From IMG/VR virus record IMGVR_UViG_3300017978_000113, positions 1 to 24,962 of that record: 24,962 nt of DNA. The stretch is one strand, 5' to 3'. Below are positions 1 through 7,263 of this stretch, piece by piece. The notes beneath the pieces are model-generated. The model ran no database searches. It was not told where the DNA came from and worked only from the letters and a program-made list of their open reading frames with translations. Source of the stretch: a virus (taxonomy: Duplodnaviria; Caudoviricetes). Every line of letters starts with the position of its first letter. The stretch's first letter is position 1. A program made the translations under genes and the position numbers.

Positions 1-134
1 GTGTCTTTAGCTCCGTTTATGTACGCTTCTGCTGATGGTCGCTTTTCCTGTAGCTCTTCTCTTGTTAGCTTTACTTTCCAAATGTTCTTTTCTATCAGTC
101 CTTTGATGTAAAGTAGTTTTAATCCTATGTCCAT
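1..134 (-). CDS. hypothetical protein, 5' part (runs off the window)
   Basis: ATG at 134 just after the stop of 144..977; reads MDIGLKLLYIKGLIEKNIWKVKLTREELQEKRP... with no stop before the edge. Confidence 0.65.
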   Translation of the reverse strand, partial: MDIGLKLLYIKGLIEKNIWKVKLTREELQEKRPSAEAYINGAKD

Positions 135-143
135 AATTTTAAT

Positions 144-977
144 TTAAAGTCCGCAATATCCTGAATCACAATCGTTGAAATCTTCATCGAACAAATCTAA
201 TTGTAATTTATGGTTTTTTATCTTTTCGTAAGTAACTCCACTTTTAAATGTGCATCCGTTTTTCTGCTCCATATCAATAAACCACTGGAACTTGTTCTCA
301 TCTCTTTGACTCATGTGTTTTAAGAATATCTCTGAACGATGAAAGCATCCAACACAATTATTTTTGTAAGCAAATCGCACAGGTTTATCTTTCCAAAACT
401 GCTCTACTGTATCTTTAAAAATACCTGCTTCAATTAGTGGAAATGTAGCAGTTCTATATGGCAAAGTTTTCCATTTGTTGCGTCCGTTTTTCTCTCCTAC
501 TTTAAACTTAAAATGCTCTACTCCGTCAACTGCTCGGTCAATCATCGTCTTTGCTCTGCTCATTTCATTAGCTCTAAATCCTATTCTCATATCAATTGGC
601 AGTTCTAAGTTCTCATAACACCATTGTGCAATTGGTTCTACTTTCATTTTTGATGTGCAAAATCTACGCATTAAGTTTGGAAGATATCCTCCTGCTTTGT
701 CAATTACATCTTCAAATGTTCTATCGCTTAACCAAACAATCTCGCTTCCGATATATTGCTCTAAATCAAGCATCGTGTAAATAATCGTATCTTCTTCCAG
801 TGTTCCAATGAACTCTTTTCCGATTCTATCGCTTACAATTTGACGCACCTTTGCATCAGGAAACAAACAATTAATGTCATTTGTACGAACAAGAGAAAAG
901 ATGTTGTAATCAGCAGGATAATTTACTGCAATGTAGCTTGATGTTTTACCACCACTTAGTGAGTTTACCGTTTTCAT
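144..977 (-). CDS. PAPS-reductase/PP-loop family protein with Cys-rich C-terminus
   Basis: N-terminal SLSGGKTS PP-loop, RRFCTSKMK, IGFRANE, NNCVGCF and terminal CDSGYCG. Confidence 0.75.
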   Translation of the reverse strand: MKTVNSLSGGKTSSYIAVNYPADYNIFSLVRTNDINCLFPDAKVRQIVSDRIGKEFIGTLEEDTIIYTMLDLEQYIGSEIVWLSDRTFEDVIDKAGGYLPNLMRRFCTSKMKVEPIAQWCYENLELPIDMRIGFRANEMSRAKTMIDRAVDGVEHFKFKVGEKNGRNKWKTLPYRTATFPLIEAGIFKDTVEQFWKDKPVRFAYKNNCVGCFHRSEIFLKHMSQRDENKFQWFIDMEQKNGCTFKSGVTYEKIKNHKLQLDLFDEDFNDCDSGYCGL

Positions 978-1906
978 TAGAAGTTTTTGTTAGCGTGAAT
1001 AGCGTTTATCTTTTGCTCAATCATAGTCATTTGTTTAGGTGGTTTAGGTCTGAAAGGCTTCAACGGGTCTTGTCCATTTATTGTAAAGCCTAATCCACTA
1101 TTAAAATCACACATAATAAAATCATCTAATGCAGTAATCTTTCCACCTGTATCTGTGTCCTTTACTTTCTCAACTGATATCAAAGTTACAAATTTCATTG
1201 TTTCGTGTTTAACTAACCTATGAATGACAAACATATCATCACAACGATTTAAGAAAGCCTTACCTCCTTCAATGTGGTCTTTCATTGGTGGTTTAAGATG
1301 TCCTTTCCAATGGTGTTGTTCTCCATAGATATTTCCTGCTCTTCCCGATTCCGTGTTAGGATGCGTGTTTATGTAGATTGATTTACCTGTTTCGTTTACA
1401 AATTGACGTGCAGTATTTAAGAATTTGTAGTTTCCTTCGTATCCCATTTCTCGGTCAAGTCCAGTGTATGGGTCTATCAAACAAGCATGAGCATCAGACT
1501 TTTTAAATATCTCGAATAACTCCATCGGTTTATACAATTTAGAGTTATCAACAAAGTCAAAGAACTGTTCCAGGTAAGTTGAGTAACTGAGAATCTGCTG
1601 CTCGTTTAGTTCTTTGTATGGCTTTCCTGAATAGATTTGAATCATATCTCTTAGTATTTGTCCATATTGATTTTCACCTGACCATAGAATAAAACGTATT
1701 CCGTGCTTTAATGCCAAAGAAAGAAAGTACCAATTAATCCAATACGTCTTTCCAACGTTGTCGTGTCCTAAAATGATTGTAAGTTGTTTAGGTTTATATC
1801 TTAGGTTATCATCTAAGTTGCAATCTAATCCTAATCCTTGTTTAATTCTTCCTGCTTTGTAGTCCAACAGATACTGTTGAGTGCTACCTTTACTTAATAT
1901 ATCCAT
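977..1906 (-). CDS. replicative helicase (DnaB/SF4 RecA-fold)
   Basis: Walker A GHDNVGKT, Walker B-like CLIDPY, NTHP and KVK motifs; directly follows the initiator-like gene. Confidence 0.75.
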   Translation of the reverse strand: MDILSKGSTQQYLLDYKAGRIKQGLGLDCNLDDNLRYKPKQLTIILGHDNVGKTYWINWYFLSLALKHGIRFILWSGENQYGQILRDMIQIYSGKPYKELNEQQILSYSTYLEQFFDFVDNSKLYKPMELFEIFKKSDAHACLIDPYTGLDREMGYEGNYKFLNTARQFVNETGKSIYINTHPNTESGRAGNIYGEQHHWKGHLKPPMKDHIEGGKAFLNRCDDMFVIHRLVKHETMKFVTLISVEKVKDTDTGGKITALDDFIMCDFNSGLGFTINGQDPLKPFRPKPPKQMTMIEQKINAIHANKNF

Positions 1907-2471
1907 ACTTTCTTGCTTTTTCTACTAATGGGTCATAAACTTCCTGAACTTGTTTTACGTTTTTAGCCAACCATTTTGTAGCAGTCAAATATAAGGAAGT
2001 ATATTTCTTATTTCCTTTGAAGTTTTGAATTGAATCTAATATTTCGTCTATCTCTGAAATGGAATACTTTTCTAATAGCTTCTCTACCTCTGAATTAGAT
2101 ATAGATAAATGAGCGAATGCTCTATATATATTTATATCATTTACATTATCATTAACATTATCAGCTATTTTTGCTATGTCATTTATGCGTTTGCTATCGT
2201 TTGCTATCGGTTGCCATCGTTTGTTAGCACCTGCTATTCCTGCTTCACTTCTCTTAACTCGCTTTTCCTCAAAGAGTTTCAAATCTCTTTTCAATTGTTG
2301 CTTGATTGGTTCGAATGCTATCTCAATCATTAGGTCATCACTTGTTGGATGTTCATCACTTACATAAGAGTAAATGTGTTTGATTAATTTACCAGCAATT
2401 TCATCAGGTAGTTTGTTCCATAAGTCCTTTTGGTCAACGTAAAGGATAAACGATTTTTTGTCTTTTGCCAT
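1890..2471 (-). CDS. putative phage replication initiator (DUF6291-like N-terminus)
   Basis: KKSFILY..LPDEIAGKLIKHIYSY..KRSEAGIAGANKRW N-domain, low-complexity DNVNDNVND linker, YLTATKW C-domain; upstream of helicase. Confidence 0.65.
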   Translation of the reverse strand: MAKDKKSFILYVDQKDLWNKLPDEIAGKLIKHIYSYVSDEHPTSDDLMIEIAFEPIKQQLKRDLKLFEEKRVKRSEAGIAGANKRWQPIANDSKRINDIAKIADNVNDNVNDINIYRAFAHLSISNSEVEKLLEKYSISEIDEILDSIQNFKGNKKYTSLYLTATKWLAKNVKQVQEVYDPLVEKARKYGYIK

Positions 2472-2489
2472 TGCAAATGTTTAAGTAAT

Positions 2490-2541
2490 AAAAAAACCCT
2501 CGCAAATCCGTAGTCTCTCACTTCTACTTCATTACAAGGGT
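2490..2541 (-). terminator. extended terminator-like hairpin in the leader of the replication operon
   Basis: RNA ACCCUUGUAA/UUGCGAGGGU 10-bp stem, internal loop, GUAG/CUAC stem, then U7; G-U pairs form only on the minus strand. Confidence 0.7.
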
Positions 2542-2584
2542 CAATAATACCTTAAGGACTTATAATGTGAGAGAAGTCCGTGTA

Positions 2585-2618
2585 CAAATATAAACGTAAT
2601 TACTCTAATAAAGTTGCA
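2585..2618 (-). promoter_or_regulatory. overlapping promoters: ECF-type TGCAAC-N16-CGTTTA and Bacteroidota sigma70 -7 box TATATTTG
   Basis: minus strand TGCAAC TTTATTAGAGTAATTA CGTTTATATTTG; no good -33 TTG for the sigma70 box. Confidence 0.6.
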
Positions 2619-2998
2619 TAATGCTCATATTTTTTTTCTTTAATCCATTTCTTAACACGATTCAAAGCATATAAGCTATTTGCTTTTTCGATGTCTTTAA
2701 TCAAATCACGTTTTGGCAATTCAACTTTAACGCCTGTAAGTTCTGCAACGTATTCACTAATTTCTGCTGAATACACTGCACTATAGTATTTCGCTAAATT
2801 GTCGTGTGTCTTTACTGAATGAATTACGGATGCGTGATTCATATTAAACATTTCTCCAATCTCTTTGTAGGTCATCTCAGCATCTCTTAGCTTGCTTTGT
2901 AGATAGCACTTTCTGTAGATGATTTCACGTTTGCGATTAGGCTTATTTAATCCGTCTTTTTCTATCAGGTATTGAACCTTTTTTATGAACTCGCTCAT
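2600..2998 (-). CDS. HTH DNA-binding protein resembling DnaA domain IV
   Basis: TYKEIGEMFNMNHASVIHSVK resembles the DnaA C-terminal HTH signature (S..EIG..F..RDHTTV.HA). Confidence 0.6.
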   Translation of the reverse strand: MSEFIKKVQYLIEKDGLNKPNRKREIIYRKCYLQSKLRDAEMTYKEIGEMFNMNHASVIHSVKTHDNLAKYYSAVYSAEISEYVAELTGVKVELPKRDLIKDIEKANSLYALNRVKKWIKEKKYEHYATLLE

Positions 2999-3162
2999 TT
3001 GTTAGAATTTAAAACATCAAATTGTTCGATTTTAAAACTACCCATATTAAAACGTCCTGTTTCAATTAAGTCCATTTTCTTCCAGTACGCTAAACTTTTT
3101 GATGTAAATATCCATTCCTGCACTGTTGCCATTCCTATTTTATAAATTAGTTTGTATCTCAT
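2995..3162 (-). CDS. small early hypothetical protein (55 aa, not in ORF track)
   Basis: MRYKLIYKIGMATVQEWIFTSKSLAYWKK...NSNK*; ATGA overlaps with both neighbours. Confidence 0.7.
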   Translation of the reverse strand: MRYKLIYKIGMATVQEWIFTSKSLAYWKKMDLIETGRFNMGSFKIEQFDVLNSNK

Positions 3163-3287
3163 AACTTCTCATTAAATTTTATTTCACATATTCTCTTGTA
3201 CAATTCCTCATTAAATGTACCTCTAATTGTTTCGTGTGATGATTTACCCGTCCAGAATCGAATCATCCTTTGTAGTCTAAATACCAT
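3159..3287 (-). CDS. small early hypothetical protein (42 aa, not in ORF track)
   Basis: MVFRLQRMIRFWTGKSSHETIRGTFNEELYKRICEIKFNEKL*; fills the gap and overlaps both neighbours. Confidence 0.6.
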   Translation of the reverse strand: MVFRLQRMIRFWTGKSSHETIRGTFNEELYKRICEIKFNEKL

Positions 3288-3606
3288 ATTCGTAAAAATT
3301 ATTGTGTATAATCTTATCTAATTGCTCAATCATTTCATCAAACAGGAATCCTTCTTCTCTTCTCATATGTTCGATTTGTGATAATAGCCAATTCTCATAT
3401 TGCTTACTTGTTTCCATTTGATGAATGCCATCCTTTTCTTCAATCCACCATTCTGCTTTTTTGATATTAATATCTAACTCAAGCCATTCGAAATCGTGTT
3501 TTCCTGCAGTTTCAGTCCAAAACCACCAATCACAAATAACATAAAAAATAACATCGCCTCGTTCGTAAGATATCCACATTTCATTTTTGTTGTATTCGAT
3601 TTCCAT
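3277..3606 (-). CDS. acidic Trp-rich early hypothetical protein
   Basis: 109-aa ORF in a tightly packed operon, A-rich start context AAAAACTAAACGCTATG. Confidence 0.75.
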   Translation of the reverse strand: MEIEYNKNEMWISYERGDVIFYVICDWWFWTETAGKHDFEWLELDINIKKAEWWIEEKDGIHQMETSKQYENWLLSQIEHMRREEGFLFDEMIEQLDKIIHNNFYEYGI

Positions 3607-3611
3607 AGCGT

Positions 3612-3806
3612 TTAGTTTTTAGTAAATAGTTTTCCGTATTTCTCTAATACAGGCGATTGAACGTGCTTAGTTTCAATTACAGGCTCTTCATTCGTTTCTA
3701 CATAGTTTGGTTGTGTAAAGGTAAAATAACCGATTACGGTAAAGATTAAGGACAATGCGAAGATTGTTCCGATGATGTCTTTTTGTGTTTCGTTTAAATT
3801 TTTCAT
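3612..3806 (-). CDS. small single-pass membrane protein
   Basis: hydrophobic IIGTIFALSLIFTVIGYFTF segment; ATGA coupling with upstream ORF. Confidence 0.75.
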   Translation of the reverse strand: MKNLNETQKDIIGTIFALSLIFTVIGYFTFTQPNYVETNEEPVIETKHVQSPVLEKYGKLFTKN

Positions 3807-3967
3807 AGTCCTAAGTTTTTAATTAATTTAGTAATAGTTGCTAATCGTGTACCTGCTGATTCAGTAGCTGAATCGTTCATACCGAATGTTTCAAACATCT
3901 CCATATATTCCTTGAATAATACTTCGTGTTCCTGTAAAATCAAATCAATCATTTCTTGTTTTTTCAT
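3803..3967 (-). CDS. first gene of the early operon, hypothetical (54 aa, not in ORF track)
   Basis: MKKQEMIDLILQEHEVLFKEYMEMFETFGMNDSATESAGTRLATITKLIKNLGL*; just downstream of a consensus promoter. Confidence 0.75.
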   Translation of the reverse strand: MKKQEMIDLILQEHEVLFKEYMEMFETFGMNDSATESAGTRLATITKLIKNLGL

Positions 3968-4001
3968 AGCTTTTAATTTTTGTTTGTGAACTAATTATAT
4001 G

Positions 4002-4031
4002 CAAATATAGAAATAAGGTTTCAATTATCAA
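4002..4031 (-). promoter_or_regulatory. Bacteroidota sigma70 promoter (early)
   Basis: minus strand TTG-N19-TATATTTG, an exact match to the Flavobacterium/Bacteroides TTG-N19-TAnnTTTG consensus. Confidence 0.8.
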
Positions 4032-4093
4032 CAATTTTTTTTATCTTTTTTACATTTATTTTTAAAACGCTTGATTTTACAAGGGAAAATTTA

Positions 4094-4380
4094 TACCCGA
4101 TGAGGTACTTACGTATAGGAATTGGAGGTAAAACGTACCCGATAAGGTGTAAAATACTTAATTGTATGGAAAAGCGTATAATTTTCGTATAAATACGGAT
4201 AAATGCGTATACAAAATCCAATAAATCGAAATAGTGGCAAATGTTTGTGATAAAAATGTCCAGTAAATTGTCACAAAAACTGGACAAATATGTTACAGAA
4301 TGTCTCAAATATCTGCTAAATATGCGACACAATTATTTGTAAAAGTGTGACACTTGCTATTTATTAAGGGTATATCCTTA
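4094..4380. repeat. non-coding array of short direct and inverted repeats
   Basis: TACCCGATRAGGTR at 4094 and 4136, GCGTATA x2, interlocked inverted repeats 4244-4286, TGTnnCA-like heptamers about 11 bp apart, AAGTGTGACACTT, TAAGG-N6-CCTTA. Confidence 0.65.
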
Positions 4381-4412
4381 CAAAGGGGTGTTCGCTTTAA
4401 GATTATAGCCAT

Positions 4413-4450
4413 AAAAAAAAGGAGCATCGCTTTCAACTGACACTCCTTTT
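4413..4450 (-). terminator. intrinsic terminator ending the late/lysis region
   Basis: GGAGUGUC/GAUGCUCC stem followed by U8. Confidence 0.85.
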
Positions 4451-4472
4451 AAAAACTAAAAGCTATGATTAG
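4413..4472 (-). ncRNA. candidate ~60-nt antisense sRNA (or 3'UTR element) targeting early-gene start regions
   Basis: TACATTTG box at 4475-4482, then UCAUAGCUUUUAGUUUUU (4468-4451) complementary to starts at 3967, 3806 and 3606, then a terminator. Confidence 0.55.
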
Positions 4473-4482
4473 TGCAAATGTA

Positions 4483-5520
4483 CTAAAATATATGTGAAAT
4501 CCTACACACTTGACCGTGTTCTTTGTGATGTATGAATCCTTCAACTGCCTTAGGGTTGTGTTGGTATCCATTTCTATGATGCCAGGAATCAGTTCCTGAA
4601 GGTGAACGTAGTGATTCAACTGTTACTCCAATGTAATCTTTTGAAGTTTTATGGTGAACGTGGTGCGTGTACACATAACGATGCTTAGATAAACTCCATT
4701 CGTGTGAAAACTCAGTTGCCATCAATAAAGGAAGGTCAGCGTGCTTTGCTCCATCACCGTGTGTAGTTCCGATTAGATTCTTTCCGTATAAAAATCCTTT
4801 GCGGTGAGCGATAGAACAATCAAAAGTGATATTATCACAATCTTTAAACCACGTTTGTATAACATCTGCAAGGAAGAATCCGTGTGTGTAGTCGTGATTA
4901 GATGGATTGAAAGTAAAATGCACATCAGCGACAGATAGCAAAGTTTCCAAAATGTCAACATATAAACGTTTTGCGATTAGAAAATTAGAGTACCACATTC
5001 CATCTGTATCCTGTGGAGTGCCTGAAGTGGTTTGTCTTTTAGGAGTATCAATGTGTAAAATGTCGTTTCCTCCTATGAATAGAATCTTATCAATGTTAAA
5101 TCCTGTGCATTTATCTAAGATGCCTTGAACGCCTTCTTTAACACGTTTAACTGCGATTTGGTTGTTGTAATCTTCACCTGTTTCAAATGCTTCACATAGC
5201 TTTCCGATGTGTACGTCTGCAGGGTCAATCACTAACAAGTGTCCATCTGTGGATGGATTACGAAAAATAGTTGGGTATTCTGGTTTGAAATCACGGATGT
5301 CTTTTATGATTGCTTCCTGTAATTCCTTGTAGTTTGTTTCCTCTGATTCTTTGAAGTTTGGATTCTTAAAGAATAGTGATGCGTTTTTGGATTTTAGCCA
5401 TCCGTGTTTTACATCCTTGTCATCTAATCCAAGCCCATTGGATTCGAGTTTAATTGCTCTGTAAGACTGCAAGATTTCAATTTCGTCCTCTTGTAGTCTA
5501 AAGCGAGTTTGCTTGTTCAT
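4483..5520 (-). CDS. calcineurin-like metallophosphoesterase
   Basis: ordered motifs DVHIG, GGNDILH, SNHD, HGD, HHVHH. Confidence 0.85.
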   Translation of the reverse strand: MNKQTRFRLQEDEIEILQSYRAIKLESNGLGLDDKDVKHGWLKSKNASLFFKNPNFKESEETNYKELQEAIIKDIRDFKPEYPTIFRNPSTDGHLLVIDPADVHIGKLCEAFETGEDYNNQIAVKRVKEGVQGILDKCTGFNIDKILFIGGNDILHIDTPKRQTTSGTPQDTDGMWYSNFLIAKRLYVDILETLLSVADVHFTFNPSNHDYTHGFFLADVIQTWFKDCDNITFDCSIAHRKGFLYGKNLIGTTHGDGAKHADLPLLMATEFSHEWSLSKHRYVYTHHVHHKTSKDYIGVTVESLRSPSGTDSWHHRNGYQHNPKAVEGFIHHKEHGQVCRISHIF

Positions 5521-5523
5521 ATG

Positions 5524-5958
5524 TTACTTCATTAGCGTGAATAGAAGTTTAACCCTACTTCTAAAGGTTTCGCTTAGTGATATTCTTAAAAGGAATCCTA
5601 AGACGAATGCGATGGCAACAAACCACCAATTTATTTTTTTCTTTGTAATGTATTTATTCTGAAACTTTACCTTCTGCACCTCAGCATTTACCACTTTGGT
5701 TTTGTACTTATATTCAATCTTTGTCTGATACCGTGTTTTAGGCACGAAAGACGTCTTGTAACGCACTATCGTATCTTTCTTAACGATTACCTTCTCCCAA
5801 TAAATTGAGTCTCTTAAAACGTACGGAATTGAGTCTATTGTCGAAACTTGTATAGTATCGCTTGTTTCGTCACACCTGTATCCTTTTTTCATCGCCTTCA
5901 TAACGTGATAATGAGCAGAGCAGGATGCAAGCAATAAAACTAAGAAGAGGTATCTCAT
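5524..5958 (-). CDS. putative unimolecular spanin
   Basis: signal peptide with lipobox LLASC, beta-rich middle, C-terminal TM WWFVAIAFVLGFLL; follows the endolysin. Confidence 0.7.
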   Translation of the reverse strand: MRYLFLVLLLASCSAHYHVMKAMKKGYRCDETSDTIQVSTIDSIPYVLRDSIYWEKVIVKKDTIVRYKTSFVPKTRYQTKIEYKYKTKVVNAEVQKVKFQNKYITKKKINWWFVAIAFVLGFLLRISLSETFRSRVKLLFTLMK

Positions 5959-6605
5959 AGATTTTTAAGCATTTCAATTACTCGTGGACAAGGGTACATA
6001 TCACTTTTGTCTTTACGAACTGAATTGTGTGTGAAGATTCCTTTATTTCCTTTGAATGCTTCCTTATCAATTGCCCATATTTCAGAACGGTAATCCTTAG
6101 GGATGTCGTATGTATCACACAGGTAAACTACAAGTTGACGCAAAGACTCGATTTGAGCATCAGAGTATTTATACCAATACTTGTACCCTTTATAAGGCTG
6201 GTCTAATTCAGTAACATAAGATGGATTAACAACGCCACCTGCATAGTTATAGAACTTGTCGCCTTTCTTTTTCAGATAACCCCAGTTGCATACCTCGATT
6301 CCAACCGATGATTTGTTGAGATTTGAATACTTCGCACCATTACGAGCAAAATCTTCTTGGTCAATTCCTAAATGCCACGCCCAATGTTTAGAAGAAAAAC
6401 ATTGAACGATTGTACCGTTTTCACCAATGATAAAAGCTGTAGCGATTCTGGAGTCGTTACCATTCCAATATCTACTCACTCCTTCAGCATTTCCATTTCC
6501 TGCCGTGTGGTGCAGATATATCTGCGTCTTAGGTGAACTTTCAGCAAAATACTGGTTGTCTTTTAGCCTAACTTGTTTAATAGCTTGGATGTCTAATTTT
6601 TTCAT
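5955..6605 (-). CDS. endolysin, N-acetylmuramoyl-L-alanine amidase (Amidase_2 type)
   Basis: IYLHHTAG, AWHLG, SVGIEVCN, THNSVRKDKSD motifs. Confidence 0.9.
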   Translation of the reverse strand: MKKLDIQAIKQVRLKDNQYFAESSPKTQIYLHHTAGNGNAEGVSRYWNGNDSRIATAFIIGENGTIVQCFSSKHWAWHLGIDQEDFARNGAKYSNLNKSSVGIEVCNWGYLKKKGDKFYNYAGGVVNPSYVTELDQPYKGYKYWYKYSDAQIESLRQLVVYLCDTYDIPKDYRSEIWAIDKEAFKGNKGIFTHNSVRKDKSDMYPCPRVIEMLKNL

Positions 6606-7027
6606 TTTAGTTCGTCTAATTGTTCCTTACTTCGTTTCAAAAACTTTACGAATCTATCCCATACATTAACTCCTGTTACCGAGAAGTAGCTTTCATTGAT
6701 GCTCTTAATTTCCGTAAATACGCAGAACGTTGTGAATGCTTTGGTCAATACTAAGTCAATCGCAATAAAGTGTCCTAATAAATCAGCTACAACGTATTTT
6801 TCTAAAAGAAAGATACATACAATAGCACCTGAGTAAAGTAGGCTCTTGCTGATAGTGTGAGATAATCTTCTACTTCTAATTGATGACCATCCGTTTTTTT
6901 TCACGCTTCTCCAGATACCGAAAAACGTATCCAAGATAATGAATAGAACTGCAATAATTACTAATGGTTTTACAGGTGCTAAGATAGTCAGCACAGAGAA
7001 AGCAAATATGGACAATTTAGTTTTCAT
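6602..7027 (-). CDS. holin
   Basis: several hydrophobic segments, ILDTFFGIW..SRRL..EIKSINE pattern, charged C-terminus, directly upstream of amidase. Confidence 0.8.
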   Translation of the reverse strand: MKTKLSIFAFSVLTILAPVKPLVIIAVLFIILDTFFGIWRSVKKNGWSSIRSRRLSHTISKSLLYSGAIVCIFLLEKYVVADLLGHFIAIDLVLTKAFTTFCVFTEIKSINESYFSVTGVNVWDRFVKFLKRSKEQLDELK

Positions 7028-7263
7028 TATTTAAGTGCGTTTACAAACAAATTAATGTCGGTAAATTGAACGTTGTTAATAGTACAAGAAAGGTCTAAAT
7101 AAATGACACCTTTGTCAGTTGCAACTAATACGCTTTCAGTTGATATAATTTCGCCAACCTCAATTATATTTTCGTTTTCGTCATACACTTGAGTAGTGCT
7201 AAATACATACGTTTCATCTTTAAAGATAAATCCGTTTTCTATTGTTGTTATACTATGCTTCAT
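7027..7263 (-). CDS. hypothetical protein (possible fibre-associated/chaperone); start at 7263 or 7272
   Basis: ORF between the fibre-like gene and the holin. Confidence 0.65.
   Translation of the reverse strand: MKHSITTIENGFIFKDETYVFSTTQVYDENENIIEVGEIISTESVLVATDKGVIYLDLSCTINNVQFTDINLFVNALK

Noticed and set aside
4021-4332. 103-aa minus-strand ORF
   Set aside because: Overlaps the repeat array and the early promoter, has atypical composition and lies just after a terminator; probably spurious.
4094-4380. CRISPR mini-array
   Set aside because: Repeats are 7-14 bp, heterogeneous and lack a regular repeat-spacer structure; no cas genes.
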